Source: Candidatus Nanosyncoccus sp. (GTDB lineage Bacteria > Patescibacteriota > Saccharimonadia > Saccharimonadales > Saccharimonadaceae). From it: DNA of 45,740 nucleotides. Positions 45,656-45,740 of this stretch are shown here, one piece after another. Both the position numbers and the translations under genes were made by a program. The DNA is taken from positions 1-45,740 of the forward strand of contig JAZQJM010000009.1 of the NCBI GenBank assembly GCA_045541635.1, in the 5' to 3' direction. The notes beneath the pieces are model-generated. The model was not told the DNA's origin. It did not search any database and saw nothing but the letters and a program-made list of their open reading frames with translations. Each line of letters begins with the position of its first letter. The first letter of the stretch is position 1.

Positions 45656-45740
45656 GACAAACTACCTTTTTATAGTATAATTTGGCTAGGAAAAGCTAGA
45701 TTTGGGTTTGAATAGATTATAAAAGTTCGAACTTCGTCCA

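Overview
This is a bacterial chromosome segment spanning the replication origin. It is most likely from a Patescibacteria/Saccharibacteria (TM7)-like organism, inferred from the extremely compact gene packing, a short Jag and the MPKRTYQP-type L34; this was not verified by any search. Left to right: (i) the 5' end of a secreted/surface protein gene held out of frame by a (TA)9 microsatellite. (ii) A ~29 kb cell-surface glycan locus: GtrA-like flippase, CotH-family kinase, Wzm/Wzt, two GT-C-like membrane proteins, GT2+DUF2304, rmlACBD, several glycosyltransferases, Ugd/epimerase and a TupA-like ATP-grasp enzyme. Embedded in it is a complete-looking carrier-protein acylation cassette (FkbH, ACP, MaoC dehydratase, MBOAT ending in FIYGGF, SGNH/DltD-like protein, aldo-keto reductase, split transketolase, AcpS). 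(iii) A lysozyme-like/triple-ricin secreted protein, and a peptidase-less LexA-like regulator head-to-head with an LCP gene. (iv) jag-yidC-rnpA-rpmH / dnaA-dnaN-recF with a bipartite oriC (DnaA boxes, DnaA-trios, AT-rich DUE). (v) An RlmD-like methyltransferase and tRNA-Ser(GGA), followed by a ~0.4 kb non-coding array of palindromic cassettes bounded by copies of the tRNA 3' end, then orphan ORFs and a frameshifted Dam-family methyltransferase remnant. Many operon-leading genes have a -10 box (usually TGnTATAAT) 6-9 nt before the ATG and no Shine-Dalgarno, suggesting widespread leaderless mRNAs. All family calls come from motif recognition by eye; no database searches were run.
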